Shown: one piece after another, positions 61,985-64,000 of the stretch
Position numbering within the stretch: position 1 is the first letter of the stretch
How the letters are laid out: the number at the start of each line of letters is the position of its first letter
Assembly: GCF_030684315.1 (NCBI RefSeq)
Contig: NC_081394.1
Location: forward strand, 13,312,658 to 13,376,657
DNA length: 64,000 bases
Direction: 5' to 3'
Source of the DNA: Stegostoma tigrinum
Lineage: Eukaryota
The notes under the pieces: generated by a model
What the model was told of the DNA's origin: nothing
Database searches by the model: none
The model's input: the letters and a program-made list of their open reading frames with translations, nothing else
Position numbers and translations under genes: made by a program

Positions 61985-62695
61985 ATTGTTTTACAAATTG
62001 AGTCCTTGAAAGCAGTTATGCAAAACTTCGATGGCTTTGGAAAAGTAGATGCCATGTATTTGAATTTTCGTAAACCCTTCCACAAGAATCCGCATGGCAG
62101 ACTAATGAGTAAAGTTAGGTCACATGGGATTCAGCGAGAGCTTGCCATTTTGGTACAAAGTTGGCTGAACGGCAGGAAACAGACCGTGATGGCGACTGGG
62201 TGCTTTTGTGACTGGAGTTTTGCCACCAGCAGTGCTCTGCAGAGTCGATTCTAGGTTATCTTTTGCTTGTCACTCATATAAATAATTTGAATAAGAAGAC
62301 AGAAGACATGGTTAGTGAGTTTGTGGATAACACCAAAAATTGTAGATATAGTGGACAGTGAATATTTTCTCAGATTACAAAGAGGCCTTGAGCAAGTGGG
62401 TCCATGGTCTAAAAATCAATGATGGTATTGAATCTGAAGAAACCGAGGTATTGCATATTGTATAAACATGTGTATGGCTGATAGGATAAATGTTAAGGCC
62501 TTGGGTAGATTGTAGAAGTGAGGAATCCAGAGGTGCAAGTACAATTTCTTGGACATGTGTGTCACATAGAGTCAGGCTGTGTAACAAGGCAATTGGCACG
62601 CTGTCCTTCATTGCTCATTCTTTTGAGGAGAAGAGTTGGGAAACCATGTTAATATTGTAACAGGCATTTGTGAGACGTCTTTTGAAATGTTATGA
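61985..62695 (+). mobile_element. Old CR1 RT fragment
   Basis: ORF 61958..62254 VDAMYLNFRKPFHKNPHGRLMSKVRSHGI..WLNGRKQ. Confidence 0.88.
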
Positions 62696-62719
62696 GCCAA
62701 TATTCTGCCAATTCTATTG

Positions 62720-64000
62720 ACTCCATGTGCTATCAAGAAATGCTTGGTGACACTGGATACTGCAAAGGCTACGGACCCTGGTAACATTGTGGAAATACGT
62801 TTGAAGATTCGTGCTCAACGGCTTGCCACTCACATAGTCAAGATGTTTGTTTATGATTACGATATTAGTATCTATGTGGTCATGTGGAAAGTTGCCGAAA
62901 AATGGCATGTGCACAAAGAGCAGGGCAAAATCCAACCTGGAGATTTAGCACGCTATCTCTCGATGCTCAATCATCAGGAAAGCGAATGAAGGTGTAATCA
63001 ATAGTTTATCAAGCAACAGTTACCCAGCAAAGACCCGCTCAGCAATGCTCAATTTGCGTTCCGCCAGGACCACTCAGTTCCTGACCTCATTACAGCCTTG
63101 GTTGAAACATGGACAAAACAGCTGAATTCCAGAGGTGAGGTGAGAGTGATAGCCATTGATATAAGGCCACATTCGACCAAGTGCAGCATCAAGGAGTCCT
63201 AACAAAACTGGAATCACTGGGTATCAGAATCAATCTGTCCGGTGGTTGAAGTCATACCTAACACACAGAAAGATGGATGATCATGTTTGTTGGAGCTCAA
63301 TCATCTCAGTTCAAGGAAAGCTGTTCAGGGGTTCCTCTGGGTGTTGTTCTCGGCCCAACTATCTTCAGCTGCTTCATTAATGACCTTCTCTGCATCATAA
63401 GGTCAGAAGTGGGGATGTTCGCTGATGATTGCACAATGTTCAGCACCATTCGTGACTCCTCAGATACATTCCCGTTCAAATGCAACACAATCTGCACAAT
63501 ATCCAAGCTTCAGCTGAAACGTAGCAAGTGACATTCGCACCAAAAAATACCAGCTTTGTTCAATGCCATTCAATTTGATCACCACCCTTGACATTCAACG
63601 AATTTACCATCACTCAGATCTCCACTAACAAAATTCTGCAAGTTATCATTGACTAGGGATTCAACTGGAATCACCGCATAAACACAGTGGTGATAAGGCC
63701 AGCTCAGAAGCTAGGAATACTACAATGACTAACTCAACCCCAAATCCACAAAGCATGTCCTCCATCTGCAAGACACAAGTCAGGATTGTGATGGAATACT
63801 GCCCACTTTTTGGATGAGTGGAACGTGAACAAGATTCAAGAATGTTGATGCCATCCAGGGAAAAGCAGTTCACTAGACTGGCACTAACCCACAAATGTCC
63901 TCTCCGTCCATCAGGGATGGTCCGGAGCAGCAGTGTGTGCTATCTACAAGTTGCACTGCAAAAATTAACAAGAGATCATCAGAGAGTACTTTCCAAACTC
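62720..64000 (+). mobile_element. Second LINE family (CR1/L2 group) RT, runs off the window end
   Basis: LDTAKATDPGNI ~ KATGPDNI; QFAFRQDHS; GVPLGVVLGPTIFSCFINDL; MFADDCT. Confidence 0.9.

Overview
AT-rich eukaryotic genomic DNA, almost certainly from a shark or related cartilaginous fish (inferred from V-SINE/HE1-like and Deu-SINE-like elements and the CR1 and Penelope families present). I can support no intact host protein-coding gene. About half of the window is a nested graveyard of retroelements: CR1 LINEs of several ages, two Penelope-like elements (RT C-terminus plus GIY-YIG), Gypsy LTR remnants of two kinds (one with the Gmr1-type integrase-before-RT order), a decayed endogenous retrovirus with gag-pro-pol-env (~17.8-25.3 kb), and a second retrovirus-like remnant. 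The most striking signal is a family of short Penelope-derived elements carrying a minimal hammerhead-ribozyme-like core (CTGATGA..GAAACGTC). Four copies are ~170-235 bp inverted-repeat hairpins with 10-16 bp target-site duplications and an asymmetric ~38-nt tail, and one carries cores on both strands. There is a 158-N assembly gap at 16349-16506. All calls come from reading the sequence and translating by eye; boundaries are approximate.
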